In this document: positions 36,741-47,260 of the stretch, in pieces
Layout: each line of letters opens with the position of its first letter
Position numbering within the stretch: the stretch's first letter is position 1
Assembly: GCA_964426805.1 (NCBI GenBank)
Contig: CAYRRY010000001.1
Location: 2,504 to 66,503 of the forward strand
Length of the DNA: 64,000 nucleotides
Direction: 5' to 3'
Source: an uncultured Candidatus Saccharibacteria bacterium
Lineage (GTDB): Bacteria > Patescibacteriota > UBA1384 > XYA2-FULL-43-10
Translations under genes and position numbers: made by a program
Notes under the pieces: generated by a model
Seen by the model: the letters and a program-made list of their open reading frames with translations, nothing else
Databases searched by the model: none
What the model was told of the DNA's origin: nothing

Positions 36741-39641
36741 ATGAAATACGACTTCAAATCAATCGAGAAAAAATGGCAAGAACGTTGGGAGAAGTCGGAT
36801 GAGTTTATGGCTTCCGACGACTCAGACAAACCAAAACACTATAATTTGGTAGAATTTCCCTATCCATCTGGTGCTGGTCTCCATGTGGGGCACGTTATGG
36901 GTTATGGCGCCTCAGACGCTTACTGTCGCATGAAACGGATGCAGGGTTACAATGTGCTTTTCCCAATTGGTTGGGACTCTTTTGGTTTGCCCACCGAAAA
37001 CTACGCCATAAAGAACAAGATTCACCCACGAGTAGCTACCGACCAAAATATAAAAACATTTATTAAACAGTTTAAATCGCTAGGCATCTCTTTCGATTGG
37101 TCGAGAGAAATCGATACAACTGATCCAAATTATTATAAGTGGACTCAGTGGATATTTTTGAAGTTCTACAAACACGCAATAGTCGATGGAAAATTAGTTG
37201 AAGTAGCTGACGACGATACTATAACTCCCAGATTAGCTTATCAAGATGAGATAGCAATCAATTGGTGTCCGTCATGCAAAATAGGTTTAGCAAATGAAGA
37301 AGTAGTAAACGGCAAATGTGAACGATGCGGAGAAGAAACATCTAAAAAAATGCAGAAACAGTGGATGCTTCGCATAACCGACTATGCTGATAGGCTTATA
37401 GATGACCTTGATACCGTTGATTATCTAGAAAGGATAAGAACCCAACAAATAAATTGGATCGGGCGATCCGAAGGTACAGATGTGGACTTTAAGCTAAAAG
37501 GTTTAGATCAAATCATAAAGGTTTTTACTACGAGAGTAGATACCCTTTTCGGTTGTACATATATGGTACTTTCGCCAGAACATACACTTGTTAAAAAGCT
37601 GGACTCTTCAATAAAGAATGCTAATGAAGTTAACAAATATATCGAAAATGCTAAAAATAAATCTGATTTAGAACGAACAGAGCTTCAAAAAGAAAAAACT
37701 GGCGTACGGCTCGAGGGGATAACAGCCATCAACCCTATCAACAATGAAGAGGTTGAGGTTTGGATCGCAGACTACGTTCTAGCTAACTACGGTACAGGGG
37801 CTGTTATGGCTGTGCCGGCCCATGATGACCGTGATTATGAATTCGCCAAGAAATATGGGATTGAAATAAAAAACGTGATTATCCCAAAAGTAGTCGACAA
37901 ACACGATCCGCCAATGGAAGGTGTAGAAACAATTTATAGATTTTCGATACAAGCTATCATTATAAATCAGAAAGATGGGAAAGTCTTAACTCTCAAATGG
38001 AAAAAACTCCCGTGGAGAACATTTATCACTGGTGGTATAGACGAAGGCGAAGATGTTGTAGAGGGGGCTAAGCGAGAAATATTAGAAGAGACTGGGTACA
38101 AAAACATTAAATTCATTCGAAATCTTGGTGAAATCGTAGAGTCGCATTTTTATGCTAATCATAAAGAAGAAAACCGCAAGGCTCATTTTCAGGGTATACT
38201 TTTTGAACTAGAAAACGATGAACGAGATGAGGTGTCTAGCAAAGAAAAAGAAATCCATGAGGCCGAATGGATGACCTGGGAAGATTTGAACAATGACAAA
38301 CAGATTAAATGCGCTGAGTATGACATCTGGTTGGACAGAATTAATAATGACGAACACGCCTTTATTGAATACGGTGTTTTAATAAATAGCGGTAAGTTTG
38401 ATGGACTGGAGTCAAAAGAAGCAATTCAAAAAATCACACAAAAGATTAAAGACAATAATAGTGGAGATTTTGCAAAGAACTTCAAGCTTCGAGATTGGAT
38501 TTTTTCGCGACAGCACTACTGGGGTGAACCGATACCTATCATACATTGTAATACTTGTGGCACTTTACCTATGGACGAAAAGAACCTGCCTCTAGAATTG
38601 CCAGTAGTTGAGAACTATCAGCCCACAGACACTGGCGAGTCACCCTTGGCAAAAATCAAAGAATGGGTCAACGTTAAATGTCCTAAATGTGGAGCTGAAG
38701 CCAAAAGAGAAACCGACACAATGCCAAATTGGGCTGGCTCTTCTTGGTATTTCTTAAGATATTGCGACCCTAAGAATAATGATGAGTTTATATCTAAAAC
38801 AATGCTTGCTAGTTGGATGCCCGTAGATCTTTATAATGGTGGCATGGAACACACAACACTTCATCTTCTATATTCGAGGTTTTGGCACAAGTTTTTATAT
38901 GACTTAGGAGCCGTAAATACAGCTGAGCCTTACAAAAAGAGAATAGCTCATGGCATTATCCTTGGTACTGACAACCAGAAAATGAGCAAATCAAAGGGAA
39001 ACGTAATAAGCCCCGATGATATAGTTGAGCAATACGGAGCGGACACTCTTCGAGCCTATATTATGTTTATTGGACCATATGATCAAGAATCCGCTTGGAA
39101 TATGGACGGAGTTGCTGGTGTTAACAGGTTTTTGAATAAAGTAGTAAATAATTTTGAGAAAGTTGACGGTAATCACAAAGATGACGACAATACTATAAAG
39201 TTGATAAACAAGACAGTAAAAGGTGTCGGCGAGGACATTGAGAGGTATTATCTAAACACCTACATTGCCAAGTTAATGGAGTTCAACAACCATCTCTTCA
39301 CACTCGACAAAATATCTAGTCTAACATTAACTACATTTGCAAAGCTTCTCTCTCCTGCTTGCCCCCACCTAGCATCAGAAATGTTAGAGAGATTGAAGTC
39401 AGAGGACAATCTATGGCCAGAGTACGACAAATTAAAAATAATAGATAGCGAAATTACACTTGTTGTTCAGATAAATGGCAAAGTTCGTGACAAGATGACA
39501 GTACCCGCCAACATAAGCAAAGATGAGATGCTCAAAATTTCCAAAGAGAGCAAAATCGTTCAAAAATGGACAAAGAACAAGGAGATAATCAAAGAGATAG
39601 TCGTCCTAGGAAAGCTTGTTAACATTGTTATCAAGGGTTAG
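36741..39641 (+). CDS. leuS: leucyl-tRNA synthetase with an inserted NUDIX hydrolase domain (~37885-38367)
   Basis: HVGH, zinc knuckle WCPSCKIGLANEEVVNGKCERCG, CP1 editing domain (TTRVDTLFG...GTGAVMAVPAHDDRDYEFAKKYG), KMSKS. Between the editing domain and the EYGVLINSGKFDGL region lies GGIDEGEDVVEGAKREILEETGY, a perfect Nudix box. Confidence 0.9.
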   Translation: MKYDFKSIEKKWQERWEKSDEFMASDDSDKPKHYNLVEFPYPSGAGLHVGHVMGYGASDAYCRMKRMQGYNVLFPIGWDSFGLPTENYAIKNKIHPRVATDQNIKTFIKQFKSLGISFDWSREIDTTDPNYYKWTQWIFLKFYKHAIVDGKLVEVADDDTITPRLAYQDEIAINWCPSCKIGLANEEVVNGKCERCGEETSKKMQKQWMLRITDYADRLIDDLDTVDYLERIRTQQINWIGRSEGTDVDFKLKGLDQIIKVFTTRVDTLFGCTYMVLSPEHTLVKKLDSSIKNANEVNKYIENAKNKSDLERTELQKEKTGVRLEGITAINPINNEEVEVWIADYVLANYGTGAVMAVPAHDDRDYEFAKKYGIEIKNVIIPKVVDKHDPPMEGVETIYRFSIQAIIINQKDGKVLTLKWKKLPWRTFITGGIDEGEDVVEGAKREILEETGYKNIKFIRNLGEIVESHFYANHKEENRKAHFQGILFELENDERDEVSSKEKEIHEAEWMTWEDLNNDKQIKCAEYDIWLDRINNDEHAFIEYGVLINSGKFDGLESKEAIQKITQKIKDNNSGDFAKNFKLRDWIFSRQHYWGEPIPIIHCNTCGTLPMDEKNLPLELPVVENYQPTDTGESPLAKIKEWVNVKCPKCGAEAKRETDTMPNWAGSSWYFLRYCDPKNNDEFISKTMLASWMPVDLYNGGMEHTTLHLLYSRFWHKFLYDLGAVNTAEPYKKRIAHGIILGTDNQKMSKSKGNVISPDDIVEQYGADTLRAYIMFIGPYDQESAWNMDGVAGVNRFLNKVVNNFEKVDGNHKDDDNTIKLINKTVKGVGEDIERYYLNTYIAKLMEFNNHLFTLDKISSLTLTTFAKLLSPACPHLASEMLERLKSEDNLWPEYDKLKIIDSEITLVVQINGKVRDKMTVPANISKDEMLKISKESKIVQKWTKNKEIIKEIVVLGKLVNIVIKG

Positions 39642-39709
39642 CTTGATATTTTAGCTATTTTGTGCGATAATTCATTAGTGTTAAATCATAAATATTATTT
39701 AGATCAGTT

Positions 39710-39913
39710 ATGGCAGAACCAAAAAAGAGAACAAACAAATCCAAGCGTGGTATGAGAAGAATGTGTATTAAAGCCAAGGCTCCATCTATCGCCTACTGCG
39801 ACAATTGTCACGAGGCAGTTATTAGCCACCAAGTATGCAAAAACTGTGGTTTTTATAATGGCAAAAAAGTTATTGATATAGAAAGCAAAAAAGAAGTAAT
39901 CGAAGAGAAGTAA
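39710..39913 (+). CDS. rpmF: 50S ribosomal protein L32 (zinc-ribbon form)
   Basis: [17 protein letters not shown] start with CDNC...CKNC. Confidence 0.85.
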   Translation: MAEPKKRTNKSKRGMRRMCIKAKAPSIAYCDNCHEAVISHQVCKNCGFYNGKKVIDIESKKEVIEEK

Positions 39914-39917
39914 AAAT

Positions 39918-40349
39918 ATGAATCGTCACCTGGGCAGAATTGTAGCAATGCAGACCCTGTATGAGAATGATTTTCGAGAGGGATCTGACTTAGAAGAGAT
40001 AAAATCTAGAAACATTGGAGAATACTCCGATAAGGTAGATGATACTTTTATCATAGGTATTGTTGACGGTGTTTTAAAAGAAAAGGAGAAGATAGACGAG
40101 ATAATCCAGGACTCTGCACCAGAGTGGCCGATAGATCAAATATCAATCATTGATAAAAATATCCTACGAATTTCGATCCATGAGTTAGTATTTTCGAAAG
40201 ATGTTCCGCCAAAAGTTTCAATTAATGAAGCGGTAGAACTTGGCAAACAGTTCGGCGGCGAAAATTCATCTAAGTTTATAAATGGAGTTTTAGGTACAGT
40301 ACATGAAAAATATTCTGATGAATCAGATAATAAGAAAGGCAAAAAATGA
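39918..40349 (+). CDS. nusB: transcription antitermination factor NusB
   Basis: R(I)VAMQTLY start and [11 protein letters not shown]...FINGVLG C-terminal motif. Confidence 0.85.
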   Translation: MNRHLGRIVAMQTLYENDFREGSDLEEIKSRNIGEYSDKVDDTFIIGIVDGVLKEKEKIDEIIQDSAPEWPIDQISIIDKNILRISIHELVFSKDVPPKVSINEAVELGKQFGGENSSKFINGVLGTVHEKYSDESDNKKGKK

Positions 40350-41050
40350 AAACAATTGAAGAATTTGAAAAAAGTATAGGAGTAGAGTTTAAGGACAGAG
40401 AGTTGATAGAAACCGTCTTTACACACCGATCTTATCTAAATGAACACCGAAACTTGAGTCATGATCATAACGAACGGTTAGAGTTTCTCGGCGATGCCGT
40501 CTTGGAGTTATGCGTTACTGAGTATTTATATGAAAAATACGACAAACCCGAAGGAATTATGACAAACTGGAGAAGTGCTCTCGTAAAGGGAGAATCGCTT
40601 TCGACAGAGGCAAAAAGAATAGGGATGAATGAGTTGATTAAAACTTCTCGCGGTGAATCAAAAAATACTGGAAAGGCCAGGGATCTGATTATGGCCAATG
40701 CTTTTGAAGCCCTTTTAGGGGCAATATATCTAGATAATGATTACAAAAAGGCCTACACCTTCGTTAAAAAGAATGTAGCTTATAAGTTAGATGATATAGT
40801 AAAAAAAGGCTTGGATTACGACGCAAAAAGCAAGTTCCAAGAACTTGCTCAAGATACCCTTGGTATTACACCATCATACGATGAATTAACATCTGTCGGC
40901 CCAGATCATAACAAAGAATTCACAATGGCTGCATTTTTAAACGGTAAAGAGGTTGGAAAAGGCAAAGGAAGATCAAAACAGAAAGCTCAAACTGACGCAG
41001 CCACCGAATCACTTAAAAATTGGGAAAAGATAAAAAAAGAATTCAAATAG
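40346..41050 (+). CDS. rnc: ribonuclease III
   Basis: [13 protein letters not shown] signature and C-terminal dsRBD. Confidence 0.92.
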   Translation: MKTIEEFEKSIGVEFKDRELIETVFTHRSYLNEHRNLSHDHNERLEFLGDAVLELCVTEYLYEKYDKPEGIMTNWRSALVKGESLSTEAKRIGMNELIKTSRGESKNTGKARDLIMANAFEALLGAIYLDNDYKKAYTFVKKNVAYKLDDIVKKGLDYDAKSKFQELAQDTLGITPSYDELTSVGPDHNKEFTMAAFLNGKEVGKGKGRSKQKAQTDAATESLKNWEKIKKEFK

Positions 41051-41090
41051 ATTGAATAATAAAAAGGCAATTACATATTAAGTGTTTTTT

Positions 41091-42047
41091 TTAGTGCCAA
41101 TCAATATTACGAAATCCCCAATCAAGCAAGCGAACCGATTCATCCGCAGATGCGGTTACAGTATCTAGATAGGTATGAAGAACAACTCCGACCAATGTGT
41201 TACCCTCTCTGCTAGCAGCAGAGACAAGACAGTGACCTGCTTCCGGCATATATCCTGTTTTTACTCCGATAGCTCCAATGTAGTTGTATTCTCCGACCAA
41301 CCTATTCGAGTTCTTAAGTTCATGATAAATTGATTTTTCTGTATTCTTTGCCACATACTTTTCAGTTCCTACAATTTTTCTAAATATTTTACTTTTCAGA
41401 GCCTCGCTGGTCAAAGTAAAAAGATCATAAGCCGTGGAGTAACCAGTAACATCCAGTCCGGCGGGATCTTCGTATTTTGTATCAGTCATACCTAGTTCTA
41501 CGGCCTTTTCGTTCATTAGTGAAATAAATTTCGATATACCCACATCGTCAGCATTATTTGCATGTTCTGCTAACGCATAAGCTGAATCATTGCCAGATTT
41601 TATAAGAAGACAGTGCAAAAGCTCAGACACGCTCATCTTCTCACCGACTCTTAAAAACGCGTCGGCACCAACTTGATAAGCAGCATCAGCGGAGACTGTT
41701 ACAACCTCATCCAGAGCATATTCGTCGAGCACGACCAAAGCTGTCATTATCTTTGTAGTAGAGGCTATGGGAACTTCTGTCTTGTCGCCCTTCTTCAACA
41801 TCACCTTACCGCTCTCCAAGTCAGCTAACAGGTAGTTGTTTGCTCTTATGTTCGCACTTGGCGCACTTTTCTTCACCTCAGGAGTTCTAATCAGTTCAGG
41901 TAGATATGCGTCTATACCAGAAGCTACAACGCCCCTGTCATCACGCTGTTCAAGATTATAAACTGCGTCGTCAAACCTGTCCTCAGCAAAAGAAAAACCA
42001 AGTACGGAGCTAATAATCGATACCAAAAATAGTGATTTTTCAATCAT
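41091..42047 (-). CDS. D-alanyl-D-alanine carboxypeptidase (S11 low-MW PBP)
   Basis: SxxK (ASTTK), SxN (SGND) and KTG (KTGY) motifs. Confidence 0.8.
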   Translation of the reverse strand: MIEKSLFLVSIISSVLGFSFAEDRFDDAVYNLEQRDDRGVVASGIDAYLPELIRTPEVKKSAPSANIRANNYLLADLESGKVMLKKGDKTEVPIASTTKIMTALVVLDEYALDEVVTVSADAAYQVGADAFLRVGEKMSVSELLHCLLIKSGNDSAYALAEHANNADDVGISKFISLMNEKAVELGMTDTKYEDPAGLDVTGYSTAYDLFTLTSEALKSKIFRKIVGTEKYVAKNTEKSIYHELKNSNRLVGEYNYIGAIGVKTGYMPEAGHCLVSAASREGNTLVGVVLHTYLDTVTASADESVRLLDWGFRNIDWH

Positions 42048-42056
42048 CTTGTTTAT

Positions 42057-43490
42057 TTAGTCGTTTGTTTCAGTGTCCTTTATGGAAAGCGCCTTACTTT
42101 TTGCTTCTTTTGATAGTTCTATATGAACTGTTTTTAGCTGATTTTCCGATATGCTTGAGGGCGCTCCCATCATAGGATCTCTTGCGTCGCCAGTTTTTGG
42201 AAATGCCATAGCCTCTCTTATGGCTTTCTCTCCAGAAAATATGGCTGCGATTCTGTCTATTCCAGCAGCAATTCCACCGTGAGGCGGTGCTCCGTATTCA
42301 AAAGCTTCTAACATGTGGCCGAATCTTCTCTCTTTCTCCTCTGCTGATACGCCCAGTATATCAAAAACTTTTTCCTGGATATCTCTTTCGTGAATTCTTA
42401 TTGATCCTCCAAAAATCTCAAACCCATTTAGCGCCAGGTCATAGGCATATGCTTTTGCGTCTTCGGGCTTTGAGTCCAGCAATAATCTATCCTCCTTGGC
42501 TGGAGAGGTAAACGGGTGATGAACAGAGACAAGCTTGCCCTCGCTCTTGGATTTGGTAAACATCGGCGTATCGACAATCCACGCAAAGGCGAATTCTTCA
42601 GTATTATTTTTATCAGCTCGAAGATCCGGCTTATCGGTTTTATATTTTTCAATAGATTCCTTATATGTGATGCGTGGAAATGGGGTTTCGGTGATGCTAG
42701 CCTCAGGTTTAAGTTTTTTCACCATCTCTATCATCATCGGTTCAATCAAGTTTAGAATGTCTTCCTGTTCTACAAAGCTCATCTCCAAGTCCATTTGAGT
42801 GAATTCTGGTTGTCTGTCACCTCTTTGGTCTTCATCGCGAAAACATCGTGCAATCTGAAAATATCTCTCAATGCCGCCAACCATCAAAAGTTGTTTGAAT
42901 TGTTGTGGGCTCTGAGGTAACACATAAAATTGACCTGGGAAAAGTCTTGCCGGCACCACAAACTCTCGAGCACCTTCTGGGGTCGACTTTGTTAGATACG
43001 GCGTCTCAATCTCTCTAAAATCGTTTTTATATAAATACTCTCGAATATACTTAATTATTTCATGACGAAGAGTAATATTTTTGTTCATTCTATCTGTTCG
43101 TAAATCCAGATATCGATATTTTAGTCGAAGTTCTTCATCTACTTTTGAAGTATCTTTATCTATTTCAAAAGGTGGCGTCTTCGCCTTATTCAATATCTCA
43201 ATCTCAGAAGCTTCGAGTTCTATAGTTCCGGTAGCATTATCTTTGTTTACCATCTTTTCTGGTCTCTCCTTGACCTTACCGTTTATTCGAAGTACCCATT
43301 CTGTCCGTATATCAGAGACAACCTCATATGCTCTAGAGCCCGGCACAACTACAACTTGAACAATCCCAGTCATATCTCTAAGATCAAGAAAAACGATCTT
43401 TCCGTGATCACGCCTCGCATGAACCCAGCCATTGATTGACACATCTTTCCCTGCTTCTTTTGATAAATCTTTTATCCATTCTCTTTTCAT
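42057..43490 (-). CDS. aspS: aspartyl-tRNA synthetase, bacterial type, short form lacking the GAD insertion domain
   Basis: N-terminal OB fold. FRDED, QSPQQFKQLLM and GGIERYFQIARCFR class II motifs. 477 aa. Confidence 0.88.
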   Translation of the reverse strand: MKREWIKDLSKEAGKDVSINGWVHARRDHGKIVFLDLRDMTGIVQVVVVPGSRAYEVVSDIRTEWVLRINGKVKERPEKMVNKDNATGTIELEASEIEILNKAKTPPFEIDKDTSKVDEELRLKYRYLDLRTDRMNKNITLRHEIIKYIREYLYKNDFREIETPYLTKSTPEGAREFVVPARLFPGQFYVLPQSPQQFKQLLMVGGIERYFQIARCFRDEDQRGDRQPEFTQMDLEMSFVEQEDILNLIEPMMIEMVKKLKPEASITETPFPRITYKESIEKYKTDKPDLRADKNNTEEFAFAWIVDTPMFTKSKSEGKLVSVHHPFTSPAKEDRLLLDSKPEDAKAYAYDLALNGFEIFGGSIRIHERDIQEKVFDILGVSAEEKERRFGHMLEAFEYGAPPHGGIAAGIDRIAAIFSGEKAIREAMAFPKTGDARDPMMGAPSSISENQLKTVHIELSKEAKSKALSIKDTETND

Positions 43491-43502
43491 GTTGTCTCCA
43501 TA

Positions 43503-45761
43503 TTAGGTACGTAGCTTCGCTTTATATTTATTCTCTAGTTTGTTTACTATGCTAGAAAATATTTTGTCACCTTCTTCGTCCAATAGTGTCTTGTCGTCTG
43601 CTTGAAAGAAAAGGTGAAAGGCGATATTTTTCATCCCTTTGCCAAACTTATCCGAAGCAAATTCATCAAAGCAGTCCACTCTCTTTATTTGATCAGATAT
43701 TGAATATATAGTCTGCTCTATCTCTTCTGGCTTGATATTCTTTTTAACTATTACTGCAATATCCCTTGATACGGATGGATATTTTGATATTTTTCTATAT
43801 ATTTTACCTTTCTTCTCAACCTTGTAGGAAAGGAGTTTTTTGTCAAATCGTCTTTTCGCTATAGCTTTTGATATGTCGGTTTCAATTACTGTTACTGACT
43901 TTTTCTTGATTTTATAGGGTTTCAACTCTTCACTGAAAAGTTCGGTGATTTTAAATTCTCTCGAGCCAAAGCTGTATTTATCAGACAGCAAACTTATCAC
44001 TTCCTCACTAGAGATTTCACTTTTATTTGTAAGTGCCATCGCCAAAGACGTAGACTCCTTACTTTTTGAAAATACCTGACCAATTTCAAATATCTCAATC
44101 GGATCAAAGCTTGCGTTTTTCGAAATAGTTTTTAGTAGTCCTGAAGACAGATTGTTTCGTAGGTATTTGTTTTCAGGTTGCAGTGGGTTTTCTACTTCCA
44201 AGAGAGAAGATGATTTTATTTTGAAAACTTCAGTATCTCCTTTTGATAAAAACGAATAGTTGTAAACCTCAACCAAGCCAGCATCGACTAGCGTATCTTT
44301 GATATTCTCAAACAGATTGTAATTGGACAACGCCTTGTCAGAAGATTTCTTGATAGGTTTTGGTGTGATGTTATCATACCCATGTATTCTCCCCACTTCT
44401 TCAGACAAATCTTGCCAAACCTCGATGTCGTGACGAAAACTTGGAGGCATGCACCTGTTTTCACTAATACTGAACCCCAAACGAGAAAGAATCGACTTAA
44501 TTTGTTCGTCGTTTATTTCCAAATCAAGATATTTACGAATATTGTCAGGTTCAATCTCTAGCCAATTCTCCGAGTGCTCCCCATGGGGACCCACAACGCC
44601 AGATAATATAACACCACCCGCAACTTCGCTTATTAGTTTTGCTGCTTTATTTATTGCATGCTCAATACCTTTTGAGTCTACACCGCGTTCAAACCTATAG
44701 CTTGCTTCAGTATTTAGATTTAGGTTTTTGATGCTTTTTCGAATAACTTTTCGATCAAACTCAGCGCCTTCGATAACAATATTTGTAGTATCGTCTGAAA
44801 CCTGGCTGTTCTCTCCCCCTATAATTCCAGCAATCGCAATGGGTTTTTTATCGTCAGCTATTACTAGCTCTTCGCGAGTTAGGCTTCTCTTCTCTCCATC
44901 TAGTGAAATAATGGATTCGTTGCCCGAAGCTCTTCGAACCACAATTCTATTTTTATTGATCTTGTCCATGTCAAAAGCATGCAATGGGTGTCCTAAATCA
45001 TAGAGTATATAGTTGGTAATATCTACAACGTTATTTATGCTTTTCAGCCCCATTTTAGAAAGTGCGTTTTTAAGCCATTTTGGGGACGGAGCTATAGACA
45101 CACCTTCGACAACTCGAGCAAAATATCTCGGACAATCTTCATCTCGTTTTACATCCACCTTTATCACGTCTGAAGCTTTTTTAGATGATTTTTCAAGTGA
45201 AATGGGCTCTCGCATCACTTTCTCTGTAGAGATGGCTGATATCTCTCGGGCCATGCCTAAATGAGAAAGACAGTCGCCTCTGTTTGGAGTAATGTCTAGG
45301 TCAAATATAGTATCTTTTTCATAAACTTTATTCAAACCATCGCCTTCTTTCTCTTCTGGACTTAATATTAGAATTCCTGCGTGGTCGTTCCCAAGCCCAA
45401 GCTCTTTTTCAGAACAAAGCATACCTTCGGAGTCAACACCTCTAATCTTTGTCTTCTTAATCTCAAAATCACCTACTTTTGCACCAACCTTGGCTAAGGC
45501 CACACGATCGCCGATTTTGTAATTGTCCGCACCGCAGACAATCTTGTAGCTCTTACCACCAGTGGCTGCATCGACTACTTTTAGCTTGTCCGCGTTTTTA
45601 TGTTTTTCAATCTTCATAACCGTTGCAACGAAAATCTTGTCAAAAGAGACTTTTTTAATTTCTTCAACTTCACTTCCTGTTGAATTCAAAATATCTGCGA
45701 GCTCTGAGTCGCTGTAGCCAAACTTTGTATGTTTTTTTAACCAGTTTTTCGAGATTAACAT
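43503..45761 (-). CDS. pheT: phenylalanyl-tRNA synthetase beta subunit
   Basis: N-terminal tRNA-binding (EMAP-like) domain, B3/B4 and B5 domains, C-terminal anticodon-binding region. 752 aa. Confidence 0.9.
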   Translation of the reverse strand: MLISKNWLKKHTKFGYSDSELADILNSTGSEVEEIKKVSFDKIFVATVMKIEKHKNADKLKVVDAATGGKSYKIVCGADNYKIGDRVALAKVGAKVGDFEIKKTKIRGVDSEGMLCSEKELGLGNDHAGILILSPEEKEGDGLNKVYEKDTIFDLDITPNRGDCLSHLGMAREISAISTEKVMREPISLEKSSKKASDVIKVDVKRDEDCPRYFARVVEGVSIAPSPKWLKNALSKMGLKSINNVVDITNYILYDLGHPLHAFDMDKINKNRIVVRRASGNESIISLDGEKRSLTREELVIADDKKPIAIAGIIGGENSQVSDDTTNIVIEGAEFDRKVIRKSIKNLNLNTEASYRFERGVDSKGIEHAINKAAKLISEVAGGVILSGVVGPHGEHSENWLEIEPDNIRKYLDLEINDEQIKSILSRLGFSISENRCMPPSFRHDIEVWQDLSEEVGRIHGYDNITPKPIKKSSDKALSNYNLFENIKDTLVDAGLVEVYNYSFLSKGDTEVFKIKSSSLLEVENPLQPENKYLRNNLSSGLLKTISKNASFDPIEIFEIGQVFSKSKESTSLAMALTNKSEISSEEVISLLSDKYSFGSREFKITELFSEELKPYKIKKKSVTVIETDISKAIAKRRFDKKLLSYKVEKKGKIYRKISKYPSVSRDIAVIVKKNIKPEEIEQTIYSISDQIKRVDCFDEFASDKFGKGMKNIAFHLFFQADDKTLLDEEGDKIFSSIVNKLENKYKAKLRT

Positions 45762-46445
45762 TTAGAACTGTTTAATGAATCGTAAATCACCACTATAAAA
45801 TTGTCTTATATCGTCTATGCCATATTTGAGCATTACCATCCTGTCTATACCTATTCCGAAAGCAAAGCCACTATATTTTTCAGGATCTATCCCCATGTTT
45901 TTCAATACCTTAGGGTGAACCATGCCAGAGCCCAAAACCTCTAACCACTTACCTTTAAACCAGATATCTATATCAAAACCAGGCTCTACAAATGAGTAAT
46001 GATGAGGCCGCCTGCGAATCTTTATCTCGTCTCCGAACATCTTTTTTATGAAGTTCTCAAGCATCCAAAAAAGATTGCCAATATTTACATCCCTATCAAT
46101 ATATAAACACTCTAGTTGATAGAAAGTAGTTTCATGCCTGGCGTCGGTGGATTCATTCCTAAAACATCTCCCCGGAATTACCACTCTAATCGGCGGCTTC
46201 TTTTCTTTCCCCGCTCGTACCTGGCCATTCGAAGTATGCGTTCTTAAAACTCGTTTATCGGTCAACCAAAAAGTATCCTGCACGTCTCTAGAGGGATGGT
46301 CTCCCGGCACATTCACAGCATCAAAATTATACCATTCAGTGTCAACTTCTGGGCTAGAATAAACTTCGAAACCGAGCTCTTCAAATAATTTTAGCGCTTC
46401 TCTGAAATACAATGTTATTGGATGTAAATTCCCCTTTTTCTTCAT
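45762..46445 (-). CDS. pheS: phenylalanyl-tRNA synthetase alpha subunit, catalytic core only (start at Met 46445; the track ORF extension to 46517 is not supported)
   Basis: Class II motifs (HPSRDVQDTFW; FRNE; GFAFGIGIDRM). The ATG overlaps the stop of the upstream membrane-protein gene as ATGA. Confidence 0.85.
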   Translation of the reverse strand: MKKKGNLHPITLYFREALKLFEELGFEVYSSPEVDTEWYNFDAVNVPGDHPSRDVQDTFWLTDKRVLRTHTSNGQVRAGKEKKPPIRVVIPGRCFRNESTDARHETTFYQLECLYIDRDVNIGNLFWMLENFIKKMFGDEIKIRRRPHHYSFVEPGFDIDIWFKGKWLEVLGSGMVHPKVLKNMGIDPEKYSGFAFGIGIDRMVMLKYGIDDIRQFYSGDLRFIKQF

Positions 46446-46819
46446 GTTGACGAACCTTTTGTTTGAAAAAATAACTCTATTAATACTATCACAATTAGGA
46501 GTGGAATTCCAACCCAAAAATCCAATACTCTTAGCCCTTGAAGAAGCACAGTGACCACTATTCCCATTGATACTATAACACCTTGGCGAAGTGATGGTCT
46601 AAAAAGGGAATAAATCATCGAATTTTTAAATATGTAGATCTTTGAATAAAAAATTATCAGCGATAAAATGCCTACCAAGGTTACAAAGAGCGATAGATAG
46701 AAAAGCGAAAAGATAAATTGACTAGATTCATAGGGATTGTAGTTGTTGACAACAATTATGAAAGTCGCAATTGCGACTACCGTAATCGAAAAGATAAAAA
46801 ATAAATTTTTCTTAAGCAT
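46442..46819 (-). CDS. small integral membrane protein (4 predicted TM)
   Basis: 125 aa, strongly hydrophobic. ATGA-coupled to pheS. Confidence 0.55.
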   Translation of the reverse strand: MLKKNLFFIFSITVVAIATFIIVVNNYNPYESSQFIFSLFYLSLFVTLVGILSLIIFYSKIYIFKNSMIYSLFRPSLRQGVIVSMGIVVTVLLQGLRVLDFWVGIPLLIVIVLIELFFQTKGSST

Positions 46820-46849
46820 ATATATATTTTATCAAATTTATGCTTAGAA

Positions 46850-46881
46850 TGAAAAAATCCCCAATTTCCGGGGATTTTTTT
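46850..46881 (-). terminator. intrinsic terminator after rplM-rpsI (A-tract, stem ATCCCC/GGGGAT, T-tract; bidirectional)
   Basis: aaaaaatccccaatttccggggattttttt read directly from sequence. Confidence 0.65.
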
Positions 46882-47259
46882 CTATCGCTTAGACCATTGT
46901 GGAGATTTCCTAGCCTTTTTGTGTCCAGGCTTCTTTCTCTCTTTTTCTCTAGGATCACGTTTCAGGAGCCCTGCCTTTTTGAGGGGTGCGCGGAATTCTT
47001 GTTCGTACTCAACTAACGCTCGCGATATTCCATGTCTTATAGCTTCTAGTTGGCCCTGCTTTCCGCCACCAGAGACTTTTACGCTAATTCCGAATGACGA
47101 TAGCTTCCCGACGACTTCAAATGGTTTGTTTAGCTCATCAGAAGTAAACTCTTTTTCATTAACAATAAAACCTTTATCGCCCTCAGTAATTCTGACGCGC
47201 GCGATTGATGTTTTTCGTCTGCCTACTCCGTATTGATATCTTTTAGTTTTTTCTGCCAT
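46882..47259 (-). CDS. rpsI: 30S ribosomal protein S9 (start at Met 47259)
   Basis: GGGKQGQLEAIRHGISRAL and C-terminal KKPGHKKARKSPQWSKR. Confidence 0.9.
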   Translation of the reverse strand: MAEKTKRYQYGVGRRKTSIARVRITEGDKGFIVNEKEFTSDELNKPFEVVGKLSSFGISVKVSGGGKQGQLEAIRHGISRALVEYEQEFRAPLKKAGLLKRDPREKERKKPGHKKARKSPQWSKR

Positions 47260-47260
47260 A

